DNA of 61,934 bases, counting the filler, from a bacterium (GTDB taxonomy: Bacteria; JAJRZV01), in NCBI GenBank assembly GCA_024275095.1. It is 4 parts of 4 records of this genome, joined end to end, with 100 filler letters (N's around TTAATTAATTAA, not from the genome) between each part and the next. Parts side by side here need not be neighbours in the genome. Positions count along the whole stretch, not along the records: positions 1 to 16,790 come from JAJRZV010000126.1; 3 more parts are not named here. The stretch is one strand, 5' to 3'. How positions within the stretch are numbered: the stretch's first letter is position 1; the number at the start of each line of letters is the position of its first letter. Under the pieces are notes generated by a model. That model saw only the letters and a list, made by a program, of their open reading frames with translations. It was not told the DNA's origin and made no database searches. The position numbers and the translations under genes are program-made. Positions 1 through 10,609 of this stretch are shown in pieces.

Positions 1-1019
1 CCGTGCTGCAAAAATTTGCTTCTATGGGCATTATTGATGCACCAGGGCTTAAACAGGAAGATGAATGTGACCTCTCCGAAAAAGAGCGTCGCGAAATCGA
101 CGTTTTCGTGAAAAAATTAGAAGAAAAAAACTACTTTGAAATTCTCGGAGTCTCTCCGGAAGCGGATACAGAAGAAATCAAAGACGCGAGTATCATGCTC
201 ATACGACGCTTCCATCCGGACCGTTTCTTTCGACGAAAACTCGGGCCTTACAAAAGAAAACTTGAACATATTGTCACCCGCCTTCAAGCGATTTCAGAAA
301 CACTGGCCAATCCAGAATCGAGAAAAATATATGCTGAACAATTCGGCGCACCACGCAAATCCACACATGCCGTGCGTGTAGAATACGAAGCCGTTCGGGA
401 GGAAAAGGAGGAAAAAAAGAAAGAACAAGCGGTACCCGAGAAAGACACCGCTGGTAGACCACACCGTAAAAAACCGGGTGTCGAACTGATACGAGAACGC
501 ATAAAAAAAGCCCGCAGGCTTTTTGAAGAGGCCGCTCAGAAAGAAAAAAACGGTGACATTTCCGGAGCAATACTCGACCTCCAGCTCGCTCTCGCATATG
601 ACCCCTTCTGCCGTGAATATCAGGAAGCTCTGTCTCGATTGAAAGAGTTACACGAACGGAAAACAGGCAGCTGGGAGAACTTCTACCAGGAGGCTCTTTC
701 ACTTATCGCACAGGGCGAAACGGAAAAAGCTGAAAAGGTTCTTCTTCGCTGCATCACACAGAAACCTTCCTCTCCTGATCCATATCGTGACCTGGCCAGC
801 CTGCTTCTGGAAAAAGGCAAGGAAGACAAAGCACTGGAGATAGCAAAAATAGCCACGAACGAGTTTGAAGACAACCTCGAACTTCGAATGATGCTCGTAT
901 CCATATACGAACGAATGCTTCAGTACGATAGAGCACTGGCGGAGATGAAAAAAATTTTGAAATTTTTAGTTAAAGAAGGGCGAATAGATGGTAAAATTGT
1001 GCAAAGTTTTGTCAGATAA
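1..1019 (+). CDS. J-domain (DnaJ-like) plus TPR protein, 5' partial
   Basis: NYFEILGV...FHPDRF J-domain with HPD motif; C-terminal TPR-like helices; ORF open to window edge. Confidence 0.85.
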   Translation, partial: VLQKFASMGIIDAPGLKQEDECDLSEKERREIDVFVKKLEEKNYFEILGVSPEADTEEIKDASIMLIRRFHPDRFFRRKLGPYKRKLEHIVTRLQAISETLANPESRKIYAEQFGAPRKSTHAVRVEYEAVREEKEEKKKEQAVPEKDTAGRPHRKKPGVELIRERIKKARRLFEEAAQKEKNGDISGAILDLQLALAYDPFCREYQEALSRLKELHERKTGSWENFYQEALSLIAQGETEKAEKVLLRCITQKPSSPDPYRDLASLLLEKGKEDKALEIAKIATNEFEDNLELRMMLVSIYERMLQYDRALAEMKKILKFLVKEGRIDGKIVQSFVR

Positions 1020-1035
1020 GTAAGGGGGTGGGGAT

Positions 1036-2607
1036 ATGAGCGTGCCTGTGGGAATCGACCTGGGAACCACCAATTCAGCCGTGGCATACATAGACGGCGA
1101 CCAGCCCAGAATTATCACCGATTCAAGCGGACAGAACACGTTCCCATCTGTATTTGCCGTCACCAAGGACGGGAGCCGTCTGGTGGGAAACCTCGCCAAA
1201 CGACAGATGATCATTAATCCAGAAAATACCATTTACGCAGTAAAAAGACTTATTGGCCGACGCTTCGACTCGGAAGAAGTACAGGAGGCCATAAAAAAAC
1301 TCCCCTACCGCATTGTACGCGGGCCCAACGACGATGTGAGAATAGAACTGCCTGACAAAATTTACAGCATCCAGGAAATTTCCGCTGCCATTTTAATTTA
1401 TCTGAAAAAAATCGCAGAAGAGGCTCTTCAAACAGAAGTCCACGAAGCTGTTATTACCGTTCCTGCTTACTTTAATGACAATCAACGCCAGGCAACCAAA
1501 GACGCTGGCATTATCGCGGGACTGGATGTGCTGCGCATCATCAATGAACCCACAGCGGCTGCGCTTTCTTTCGGACTTCACAAAAAGACCGACAGGGCCA
1601 CTATTGCTGTTTACGACCTGGGAGGTGGCACATTTGACATTTCCATACTGGAGATGCGCAAGGGTAATTTTGAGGTCCTTTCCACGGCTGGTGATACATA
1701 CCTGGGAGGAGAGGATTTCGACAGGCGCCTGATGGAATACATGATGGAAAAATTTAAAAAAGAAACAGGGGTAGATCTATCAGAAGATAAAATGGCGATG
1801 CAGCGCCTCAAAGAAGCAGCGGAAAAAGCAAAATGTGACCTGTCATTCACCAGCGAAATTGAAATAAAACTTCCTTTTATTGCGATGGGGGAAACCGAGC
1901 CTCTTCATCTGAACCTCGTCATCACAAGAGAAATCTTCGAGGATCTCGTAGCCGCGCTGGTACGCACAACCATCGAAACATGTGCCCAGGCACTGGAACT
2001 TGCGGGGAAGAAGCCCTCGGACATTGATGAAGTCCTTCTCGTGGGCGGCCAAACCCGCAGTCCCATCGTCCAGAGAGAGGTGGAAAAGTTCTTCGGTCGC
2101 AGACCTTCCAAAAACGTGAATCCTGATGAAGCAGTGGCCCTTGGAGCAGCGGTACAGGCTCATGCCCTTACCAGCGGGGGTGAAATATTTCTCTACGATA
2201 TTACCCCCTTCAGCCTGGGCATTGAAACGGCAGGGGGCAAATTCGCGCGCATTATCGAACGAAACTCCACGGTCCCTGTTACGAAAACACGGGTGTTCAC
2301 CACGTCTGAAAACGATCAGCAGGCTGTAAAAATCCGCGTGTATCAGGGTGATAAAGAAATCGCTGAAGAAAATGTCTTTCTCGGCGAATTTGTGCTCTCA
2401 GGAATCAGGCCTGCACCAAAAGGGGTCCCACGCATTGAGGTAAGCTTTCACATTGACTCTGACGGAATTGTCAATGTTTCAGCTAAGGATCTGGACACGG
2501 GCAAAGAACAGTCCATTACAATTACGTCATCAAGTGGCCTTACAGAAGCGGAAGTTCAGGAAATGGCAGAAGAAGCAAAAATTTACGAGCTGGAGCTGGA
2601 AGTATAA
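1036..2607 (+). CDS. dnaK: Hsp70/DnaK-family paralog, 523 aa, lacking most of the C-terminal helical lid
   Basis: GIDLGTTNS, TVPAYFND, NEPTAAAL, DLGGGTFD, GVPRIEV motifs; ends shortly after SSGLTEAEVQEM. Confidence 0.9.
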   Translation: MSVPVGIDLGTTNSAVAYIDGDQPRIITDSSGQNTFPSVFAVTKDGSRLVGNLAKRQMIINPENTIYAVKRLIGRRFDSEEVQEAIKKLPYRIVRGPNDDVRIELPDKIYSIQEISAAILIYLKKIAEEALQTEVHEAVITVPAYFNDNQRQATKDAGIIAGLDVLRIINEPTAAALSFGLHKKTDRATIAVYDLGGGTFDISILEMRKGNFEVLSTAGDTYLGGEDFDRRLMEYMMEKFKKETGVDLSEDKMAMQRLKEAAEKAKCDLSFTSEIEIKLPFIAMGETEPLHLNLVITREIFEDLVAALVRTTIETCAQALELAGKKPSDIDEVLLVGGQTRSPIVQREVEKFFGRRPSKNVNPDEAVALGAAVQAHALTSGGEIFLYDITPFSLGIETAGGKFARIIERNSTVPVTKTRVFTTSENDQQAVKIRVYQGDKEIAEENVFLGEFVLSGIRPAPKGVPRIEVSFHIDSDGIVNVSAKDLDTGKEQSITITSSSGLTEAEVQEMAEEAKIYELELEV

Positions 2608-2660
2608 TAATGCGTGGTGGCTTGCCGGAGTTTAACTGCCACATTGTTTAAGACATAACC

Positions 2661-3209
2661 GTGAGAACACACATTCGAGAATTACTTGACAAAGGGCTTG
2701 AACATTATGGATACGGGAAATACAAGGAAGCAATCGAATGCTGGAAGCAGGTTCTCAGGATAGACCCCACCAACGAAGAAGCACGCGATTACCTCACCTC
2801 CGCCGGTGAACCCATCAGCGAATTGCCCCCTTCTCACCCACCGGGCAAAACTGTGGAAAACATGCGTGAAGCCTTTAATAAGGGGGACTTCGCTTCAGCC
2901 TGTGTTCTGGCAACCATGTTCACACAGCCTTCCATACCTACAGAAACGCATCAAATATACGTTCTTTCAGCATTGAACCTGATCGATTACTACTTGAATA
3001 ATAAAAAATTCCGAGAGGTTCGACCTGTACGAACAGAAAAAAATGCGGACATAGAAAATTTTGTCCTCACAACCCAGGAAGCCTTTATTCTGGGGCTCTG
3101 TGACGGCCAAACCACGGTGGAGGAACTAAAAAGTCTTTCACAATTGAACGAAATGGAAACAACGCGTGCACTGCTGCGGTTGAAAAGCATGGGATTGATA
3201 AAATGGTGA
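2661..3209 (+). CDS. Hypothetical protein: N-terminal TPR and C-terminal winged-helix-like domain of the type seen in DUF4388-associated proteins
   Basis: GKYKEAIECWKQVLRIDPTN TPR; LTTQEAFILGLCDGQTTVEEL...LLRLKSMGLI pattern. Confidence 0.65.
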   Translation: MRTHIRELLDKGLEHYGYGKYKEAIECWKQVLRIDPTNEEARDYLTSAGEPISELPPSHPPGKTVENMREAFNKGDFASACVLATMFTQPSIPTETHQIYVLSALNLIDYYLNNKKFREVRPVRTEKNADIENFVLTTQEAFILGLCDGQTTVEELKSLSQLNEMETTRALLRLKSMGLIKW

Positions 3210-4138
3210 ACACACCTGAAACTACAGAAAAGACTCTACTTAAATACCTGCGGACCGGAATTCTGGTACTGACCAGAAAATTTGACGTTTTATACATCAA
3301 TCCTGCAGCAGAAAAATTGTTAAACGTGTCCTCACCTTTTTTGAAAGAAAACAAAAAACTCTCAATTGATGATATTTTCACACAAAAAGAAGCTGGTATT
3401 GTACGGTTATGGGTGGACAACACACGGCGTCATTCAAACGCTTTTCTGGAAATTAAAAAGGATGGAAGAGTGCTCCGATTTGTTGCTCATCCCATTGTGG
3501 AAGGAAGGAACGACCTGGGAACAATAGTGGAAATTATTGATGTAACCTCATGGACAGAAAACATGTCTCGACAGGACGAATTCGTCAATCAACTTGCAAG
3601 AGAAATTACCGGCAAACTATCTGGCAAACTCCCACCAGGATGCGAAGACCTGCCACAGGAGATTGCAGACGAAATCCACAACCTCGCGTCTTGGTACCTT
3701 ACCTCTGCTTTTGGTGAAGGGGTTGAATTTTTCGAACTATCTACAATAGTACATGAGATGCTGGATCGCATGTCTTCAAATCTCAAAAACACCGCCGTAT
3801 TCCACTTCATTCCGGCGATGTTACCTCCGGTTCTGTGTGTGAGAAGCGCTCTTGAAAAAGGGTTCAACTTTCTCATGCGTTTCGTTATCGAACAGGCGGA
3901 CACTAATCACCCCCTTATATTTGCTGTTAAACCCTCCCAGACTGGAAAAGGCCTCGGGGTTCTTATATCATATGCCCTGTTTTTAAAAGATAAGGCTGCA
4001 CTCAGGGGCGATACAAACCTGTCCAGAGGTCGAGCCATGCTGGAAAAGGCAGGTGGCGAGGTTGAAGTTCTCACTCATACCAACGGTTCAGCATGTATAA
4101 CAACCTTTCTACCAGCGTCCCAGAGTGCCGTAGCCTGA
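3203..4138 (+). CDS. PAS-domain protein with degenerate histidine-kinase-like C-terminus
   Basis: GILVL...YINPAAEKLL PAS start; FVNQLAREIT where the H-box is expected; LEKAGGEVEV resembles the HATPase end. Confidence 0.6.
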   Translation: MVNTPETTEKTLLKYLRTGILVLTRKFDVLYINPAAEKLLNVSSPFLKENKKLSIDDIFTQKEAGIVRLWVDNTRRHSNAFLEIKKDGRVLRFVAHPIVEGRNDLGTIVEIIDVTSWTENMSRQDEFVNQLAREITGKLSGKLPPGCEDLPQEIADEIHNLASWYLTSAFGEGVEFFELSTIVHEMLDRMSSNLKNTAVFHFIPAMLPPVLCVRSALEKGFNFLMRFVIEQADTNHPLIFAVKPSQTGKGLGVLISYALFLKDKAALRGDTNLSRGRAMLEKAGGEVEVLTHTNGSACITTFLPASQSAVA

Positions 4139-4165
4139 AAAGATTATTTTTTTCCGGAGTGTGTC

Positions 4166-5377
4166 ATGAAAAACTCTGTGTCAAAAATTGTTCTTGCTTA
4201 CTCAGGCGGCCTTGACACATCTGTCATCCTGTATTACCTCCGTGAGCGGTACCAGTGCGAAGTTATTGCTTTCATCGCTGACCTGGGGCAGGAAGAAAAT
4301 CTCAAGGAAATCAGGGACAGAGCACTGGCGACAGGTGCCTCGAAAGCATATGTGGAAGATGTGAAAGAAGAATTTGTACGGGATTATGTATTTCCCATGA
4401 TGCGGGCAGGAGCAATCTACGAAGGAGTATATCTTCTGGGTACTTCTATCGCGCGGCCCCTCATTGCCAAAAAACAGATAGAAATCGCCGAAAAGGAAGG
4501 AGCGGATGCAGTTGCCCACGGAGCCACGGGAAAAGGCAACGACCAGGTAAGATTTGAACTCACATACTACGCTCTCAAACCCGATATTCAAGTAATAGCA
4601 CCCTGGAGAGAATGGGAATTTGTTGGCCGTCGAGACCTTATAGAGTATGCAAAAAAGCATAATATCCCTGTAGAGGCATCTGAAGAAAAACCTTACAGTA
4701 TCGACAGAAACGTTCTGCACACGAGCTATGAGGGAGGCATACTGGAGGATCCCTGGACAGAACCACCAGAGGACATGTTTTTAAATACCGTATCTCCGGA
4801 AAAAGCACCGGATACGCCGGAATACGTGGAAATCGAATTTGAAGAAGGTAACCCTGTCGCCGTGAACGGTGAAAAACTCAGCCCGTACAAGTTACTCGCA
4901 CGACTCAACACACTTGGCAGCCGTCACGGAATCGGCAGAGCCGACGTCGTAGAAAATCGATATGTGGGGATAAAAAACCGCGGCGTATATGAAACACCGG
5001 GAGGAACCATCATCTACACAGCCCATCGTGCGCTTGAAGGTCTCACACTCGACAGGGAGGTTTTACATCTTCGAGACTCACTCATCCCGCGGTATTCAGA
5101 ACTGGTGTACTATGGCTACTGGTTCTCACCAGAAAGGAAAATGCTCCAGGCAGCCATGGATGAAGTCCAGAAAAACGTCACGGGGATCGTACGGTTAAAA
5201 CTTTACAAAGGAGCCGTCCACGTGGTGGGCCGGCGATCACCCTATTCCCTCTTCGATGCTGATCTGGCCTCGTTCGAGAAATCGGGAGATTACAACCAGC
5301 AGGATGCTACAGGTTTCATCCGCGTCAATGCACTCAGATTGAAAACAATCGCCAGGAAACGAGGAGGACTATCGTGA
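4166..5377 (+). CDS. argG: Argininosuccinate synthase
   Basis: [30 protein letters not shown] motifs. Confidence 0.97.
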   Translation: MKNSVSKIVLAYSGGLDTSVILYYLRERYQCEVIAFIADLGQEENLKEIRDRALATGASKAYVEDVKEEFVRDYVFPMMRAGAIYEGVYLLGTSIARPLIAKKQIEIAEKEGADAVAHGATGKGNDQVRFELTYYALKPDIQVIAPWREWEFVGRRDLIEYAKKHNIPVEASEEKPYSIDRNVLHTSYEGGILEDPWTEPPEDMFLNTVSPEKAPDTPEYVEIEFEEGNPVAVNGEKLSPYKLLARLNTLGSRHGIGRADVVENRYVGIKNRGVYETPGGTIIYTAHRALEGLTLDREVLHLRDSLIPRYSELVYYGYWFSPERKMLQAAMDEVQKNVTGIVRLKLYKGAVHVVGRRSPYSLFDADLASFEKSGDYNQQDATGFIRVNALRLKTIARKRGGLS

Positions 5378-6414
5378 TCTTTGACAATCTCGTCGGATGG
5401 TTTTCCAAAGACCTGGCCATTGATCTTGGCACTGCCAACACTCTTGTCTACACACGCGATAGAGGAATCATCCTGAGAGAGCCCTCTGTCGTAGCCGTGG
5501 CGCTTGATGAACGTGGAACCAAGCGCATCATTGCAGTGGGAGATGAAGCCAAGGATATGCTTGGAAAAACACCTGGAAATGTACAGGCCATACGTCCACT
5601 GCGAGATGGTGTCATCGCGGACTTCGAAGTGGCTCAGGCAATGCTTCGTTTTTTCATCAGCCGTGTACATCGACGCCGCAGCCTTTTAAGACCCATTATT
5701 GTTATCAGCATTCCACACGGAATCACGGAGGTTGAAAAACGCGCTGTTAAAGAAGCAGCGCTGTCAGCCGGTGCACGCGAGGTTTACCTTGTAGAAGAAC
5801 CCATGGCCGCTGCCATCGGCGCAGAAATACGTGTGGAAGAACCTTCCGGAAACCTCATCGTTGACATTGGAGGCGGCACAACCGAAGTGGCTGTCATTTC
5901 CCTTGCGGGCATCGTTCAGTCACGGTCTGTCAAGGTGGGGGGAGACAAAATGGACGAGGCCATTATTCAATACATCAAAAAACAACACAACATCCTCATA
6001 GGTGAAAAAACCGCAGAAAATATAAAAATAGAAATTGGGAACGCCAAACCCGCTCAAGACGAAGAGCCTCGAAAGACTCTTGTGAGAGGTCGTGATCTGC
6101 TCATGGGAATACCGAAACATGTTGAAGTCTCTGATGCAGAAATCGCGGAAGCGCTCAGACCCACCTTACAAGCTATTGTGGAAGCCATACGTTCAACCCT
6201 GGAGAAGACACCGCCTGAACTTGCTTCAGATATTATTGAAAAGGGGGTTATCCTCACTGGAGGAGGTAGCCTTCTGAAAAACCTGGACATACTCATTCGC
6301 GACGAAGTGCAGTTGCCGGTTACAGTTGTTGAAAATCCTCTCGATTCGGTAGTTCTGGGATGCGGCCAATTGTTAGAAAATCCAGATCTGTTAAGCCGCG
6401 TAGCTGTTGGTTGA
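5374..6414 (+). CDS. mreB: Rod shape-determining protein MreB
   Basis: [36 protein letters not shown]. Confidence 0.97.
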   Translation: MIFDNLVGWFSKDLAIDLGTANTLVYTRDRGIILREPSVVAVALDERGTKRIIAVGDEAKDMLGKTPGNVQAIRPLRDGVIADFEVAQAMLRFFISRVHRRRSLLRPIIVISIPHGITEVEKRAVKEAALSAGAREVYLVEEPMAAAIGAEIRVEEPSGNLIVDIGGGTTEVAVISLAGIVQSRSVKVGGDKMDEAIIQYIKKQHNILIGEKTAENIKIEIGNAKPAQDEEPRKTLVRGRDLLMGIPKHVEVSDAEIAEALRPTLQAIVEAIRSTLEKTPPELASDIIEKGVILTGGGSLLKNLDILIRDEVQLPVTVVENPLDSVVLGCGQLLENPDLLSRVAVG

Positions 6415-7210
6415 AAAAATATTCAGATACAAACGAACCCTGTACTACATTTTTCTCCTCTTAATTTCGCTCAACCTTTATTCCACATCCACAATTGGTA
6501 AAGGTCTCCACCGCATAGCACTGGACATACTCGGGTATCCTGTCGCGCAAATACACAGGGTGGTCCTGAAAACAAAAAAACTGCACGAAAAGTATCAACA
6601 CCTTTTAAAAGCACTCGACGAAAATCAAATGCTGAAAAAAAAGCTGGCTCAGCTTACACATGAAAAAACCCGACTCGAAGCCCTGCTGTCAGAGATGGAA
6701 TCTTTTGCACCGGAGTTGAAACGCCTGCGCCGAAGCAACGTCCACATTAAAAGCATATGTCGTATTGTGGGTGAAGTTCGAAATTCGGCTGTATTTATCA
6801 TTGATTGCGGAGAAAAGGAGAGTGTGCAGCCGGGTGATCCTGTGCTCAGCCCGGAAGGTATTGTCGGCAAGGTAAGCAATACCGGTCGATATTTCTCCAC
6901 GGTAATTACAATTTTCAATCCTGAACTGGCTGTGGATGCGATTACGGTTGACTCCCGCTCAAGAGGAATTGTCAAAGGTGGAAAAGACGCGCTTACAATG
7001 CTTTACATCATGCCATCAGCAACCATTGCAATTGGAGATAATGTGGTCACATCAGGGCTGGACGGAACATTTCCTTACGGCATTCCCGTAGGGCAGGTCG
7101 AAAAAGTGCTGCTGGACCGCCAGAAGGTGATGAAACAGGTGGTCTTAAAACCAGCTACAACAATGAATGCTCTCACTGCAGTAATTGTACTGAAAAGGAG
7201 AAGCCCGTGA
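6407..7210 (+). CDS. mreC: Rod shape-determining protein MreC
   Basis: N-terminal TM, coiled coil, VTSGLDGTFPYGIPVG motif; follows mreB. Confidence 0.88.
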   Translation: MVEKIFRYKRTLYYIFLLLISLNLYSTSTIGKGLHRIALDILGYPVAQIHRVVLKTKKLHEKYQHLLKALDENQMLKKKLAQLTHEKTRLEALLSEMESFAPELKRLRRSNVHIKSICRIVGEVRNSAVFIIDCGEKESVQPGDPVLSPEGIVGKVSNTGRYFSTVITIFNPELAVDAITVDSRSRGIVKGGKDALTMLYIMPSATIAIGDNVVTSGLDGTFPYGIPVGQVEKVLLDRQKVMKQVVLKPATTMNALTAVIVLKRRSP

Positions 7211-7683
7211 AGCAAATATTCATTGATGTGGTGCTGGCGATTACGGGTTATACTTTCTCCACTGCGGGAGTCCTTCCTGAATTCATATCGCCGCACTTTT
7301 CAATCGTATTTTTCTCCTGCCTGATAATGAGAAACAGTTACTTTGAAGAAGTAACAGAGGCGTTTTTTCTCGGCATCATTAACGATATTTTTCTCGGACT
7401 TCCAGCAGGCTCTACTCCTCTCCTTTTTATCATTCTTTATCCCCTATCCAAGGTTGTGAAGAACAACCTGTATGTGGAACGCAAAACCGTACTGGTCATT
7501 CTTGCCACAGGACACACTCTTATACTGGCACTGGGATATTACATATTACCGGGGGCAGGGGCCTTCACAAGTACTGGAAACGTCATTCTTAAAACCCTTC
7601 TCAACGGAATATGGGCCCCAGTGTTGTTTTCACTTTCCACGAAAACATACGAGACACTGAGAAAGAAAAAAGGAAAATTGTAA
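7207..7683 (+). CDS. mreD: Rod shape-determining protein MreD
   Basis: 158-aa hydrophobic protein with FFLGIINDIF...G between mreC and mrdA. Confidence 0.75.
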   Translation: MKQIFIDVVLAITGYTFSTAGVLPEFISPHFSIVFFSCLIMRNSYFEEVTEAFFLGIINDIFLGLPAGSTPLLFIILYPLSKVVKNNLYVERKTVLVILATGHTLILALGYYILPGAGAFTSTGNVILKTLLNGIWAPVLFSLSTKTYETLRKKKGKL

Positions 7684-9516
7684 ATGGAGCTCTACTCCAG
7701 TGGAGATATTCTTCTCTTCCGTCGCAGGATTATCTATCTCACTGTTTTGGTTTTCTGCGTGTTTGCGGGTGTCACGTTCAGATTTTTTTACCTCCAGATT
7801 ATCCAGAACCCCCGCTTCAAAGCACTTTCGGAAGAAAACCGGATAAAAACCAAAAGGTTATTTCCAATCCGCGGATTAATATATGATCGGCATCTGCGTC
7901 CAATAGCCGACAATCAACCCTTATATAAAGTGCTCATTCGACCTGAGTACATAAAAAATGAAAAAGAGACAGCCCTGTGGCTTGAAAAAAACCTGAACAT
8001 TTCCCAAAAAGACTTCGAGACCAAGCTCACCAACCACTTAAAAGTTAATCCACCCTTTGTACCCCTTGTTCTCCTGGAAGATGCCACATTTGACCAGGTC
8101 TCAAGAGTGGAAACATCCAAATTCGCTCATCCCGAGCTGGAAGTGGCGGTAGTACCTGTGCGGCACTATCCTTACTCATCTGCTTTTGCTCATGTACTGG
8201 GGTACGTGGGAGAAATCACGCACGACGAACTCAAGCTATACAAACGCTACGGATATCGAATAGGAGATTTTGTCGGCAAGGCCGGAATAGAACTCGCCTT
8301 TGAAAAAAATCTGCACGGCCGCGAGGGAGCCCTCTTTGTTGAAATTGATGCGACAGGTCGAGAACTGCGGGTGGTGAAGGAAATTCCACCTGTCCAGGGA
8401 GATTCGGTAATAACAACTCTCGATCTTCAACTGCAGTTGTATGCTGATAAACTCATGAAAAGCAAATCCGGAGCCTTTGTCGTCATCAATCCTCACTCGG
8501 GGGAAATACTTGCTGCTGGAAGTTATCCATCATTTGATTCAAACATTCCGGCACGACCAAGGCTGCGAAGACAATGGCTCAAACTTTCCAGGTCACCTCT
8601 TCACCCCCTTCTGAACAGGCTTATTCAGGGCTTGTATGCTCCAGGTTCCACTTTCAAACCCGTGGTAGCCCTTGCAGGCCTCGCGGAAAAAATTATAGAC
8701 CCTCAAGAAACCCTGGTGTGCCGGGGACGATACCGAATTGTAAGAAGATGGTTCAGGGATTGGAAACGCTGGGGGCATGGCACCGTCGACATGATCCGTG
8801 CCCTGGCAGTATCGTGTGATGTGTATTTTTATCACCTTGGACTTCTGGTCGGGCCCTGGGAGATTTTCAAGTATGCCAAACTTCTCGGGTTCGGAGAAAC
8901 CACAGGCATTGAAATCCCCGGTGAGAAAACAGGATTTGTCCCCTCTCCATCGTGGAAGGAAAAGGTCATAGGTGAAGGCTGGACAGCGGGTGAAACAGCC
9001 GTTCTATCCATTGGACAGGGGTATATACTCGTCACCCCGCTTCAAATGGCCCTTGCATACGCAGCACTTGTCACGGGCGGGCACATACCTCATCCGTACA
9101 TCGTTTCAGACATCATATCTCCCGATGGAAAAAAAATATGGCATCGAGAACCCGAAATCTTGCGAGATGTTAATATTCAACCAGACGCCCTGGAAATTCT
9201 GAAAGAAGGCCTGTTTGAAGCAGTAAACGCACGAAACGGCACAGGTATCAGGGCCCGATCCCGCATCATCCACATCGCCGGGAAAACAGGTACGGCTCAG
9301 GTCATCGCTTCGCAAAAAGACGAGAAGGAAATACCGGAACACTTGCGTGACCACGCGTGGTTTATAGGAATGGCCCCGGCGGAGGATCCTGAAATCGTTG
9401 TCGCCGTAATTGTGGAACACGGAGGTTCCGGGGGTAAAACGGCTGCTCCCATTGCCCGGGCAATCATAGAAAAATATTTCAGCATACGCTCAGGAGAGTC
9501 CACGGATGTATTTTGA
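7684..9516 (+). CDS. mrdA: Penicillin-binding protein 2
   Basis: RGLIYDR, GSTFK (SxxK), SCD, KTGTAQ; mre operon context. Confidence 0.95.
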   Translation: MELYSSGDILLFRRRIIYLTVLVFCVFAGVTFRFFYLQIIQNPRFKALSEENRIKTKRLFPIRGLIYDRHLRPIADNQPLYKVLIRPEYIKNEKETALWLEKNLNISQKDFETKLTNHLKVNPPFVPLVLLEDATFDQVSRVETSKFAHPELEVAVVPVRHYPYSSAFAHVLGYVGEITHDELKLYKRYGYRIGDFVGKAGIELAFEKNLHGREGALFVEIDATGRELRVVKEIPPVQGDSVITTLDLQLQLYADKLMKSKSGAFVVINPHSGEILAAGSYPSFDSNIPARPRLRRQWLKLSRSPLHPLLNRLIQGLYAPGSTFKPVVALAGLAEKIIDPQETLVCRGRYRIVRRWFRDWKRWGHGTVDMIRALAVSCDVYFYHLGLLVGPWEIFKYAKLLGFGETTGIEIPGEKTGFVPSPSWKEKVIGEGWTAGETAVLSIGQGYILVTPLQMALAYAALVTGGHIPHPYIVSDIISPDGKKIWHREPEILRDVNIQPDALEILKEGLFEAVNARNGTGIRARSRIIHIAGKTGTAQVIASQKDEKEIPEHLRDHAWFIGMAPAEDPEIVVAVIVEHGGSGGKTAAPIARAIIEKYFSIRSGESTDVF

Positions 9517-10609
9517 ACGCAAGTCTGGCACAGAGCTGGTAGCACCTCTGACTTTGATGGCCATTGTAATGGTGTGCGGTCTCCTGAACTTATCAAGCTC
9601 AACTGCCACCTCGGGGTTTAAAGGACTGCTGGCACGGCAATTCATATGGGACATGTTTGCTGCTGGTATCTTCGTGGCCACGGCTTTCGTAGGCAGACGT
9701 TCCCTGAAAACTTTCGCTTACACCATCTACGCAGCAAGTCTCTTAAGTCTGATAGGGGTACTCATTCACGGCACGGGACCCGGCGATGTAAAACGCTGGC
9801 TCACCCTGGGCCCCTTGAGATTTCAACCCTCCGAATTGACCAAAGCAGGGGTCATCAGCGTAATGGCCGTTTATCTCAGTACAGTTACAGAAAAAGAAAC
9901 CAGGGACCTGTCAAAACTTCTGGGGACAATGTTAGTCAGCGGCGTGCCGGTCATCCTCATTGCTCTGGAACCCGACATAGGAACAGCGGGAGTAGTACTT
10001 CTCTCTGCAGGGTGCCTTCTTCTTATTGCAGGTCTAAACAAACGCACCCTTCTTATACTGACAATCGCTGGCATTGTAGCAATGCCTGTCGTCTGGAAAT
10101 ACGGGCTTAAAGATTACCAGAAGAAACGGATAGAAACCTTTCTCTCACCTGAGAAAGATCCAATGGGTGCAGGGTACCAGAGCATTCAATCCAAAATCAC
10201 AGTAGGCTCCGGGGGACTCTGGGGAAAAGGTTTCCGCAAAGGCACCCAGACTCAGCTTCGCTTCCTGCCCGAGCAACACACCGATTTTGCATTTTCCGTC
10301 TGGGCTGAAGAATGGGGATTTATGGGGTCACTATTTGTTATTGCCATGTATTTTTTTCTTGCATTGATATACGCAGAGGGCGCCGCAAGTGCCCACTCAC
10401 TGGACACCCTGTTTCTCAACGCAGGGGTATGCATACACATTACCCTTCATGCATTTTTTAACCTGGGCATGGTCGCGGGTATGCTGCCCGTTGTAGGTCT
10501 GCCGCTGCCATTTTTCAGTTACGGAGGCTCAACCGCCATTGCCACCGCACTCCTTATGGGTCTGGCAGAAGCCTCAAAAAACGTCTCTCTTTTCGATGCG
10601 CGACTCTGA
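9506..10609 (+). CDS. rodA: SEDS peptidoglycan polymerase RodA
   Basis: FQPSE, GSGGLWGKG, FLPEQHTDF, LPFFSYGGS. Confidence 0.93.
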   Translation: MYFERKSGTELVAPLTLMAIVMVCGLLNLSSSTATSGFKGLLARQFIWDMFAAGIFVATAFVGRRSLKTFAYTIYAASLLSLIGVLIHGTGPGDVKRWLTLGPLRFQPSELTKAGVISVMAVYLSTVTEKETRDLSKLLGTMLVSGVPVILIALEPDIGTAGVVLLSAGCLLLIAGLNKRTLLILTIAGIVAMPVVWKYGLKDYQKKRIETFLSPEKDPMGAGYQSIQSKITVGSGGLWGKGFRKGTQTQLRFLPEQHTDFAFSVWAEEWGFMGSLFVIAMYFFLALIYAEGAASAHSLDTLFLNAGVCIHITLHAFFNLGMVAGMLPVVGLPLPFFSYGGSTAIATALLMGLAEASKNVSLFDARL

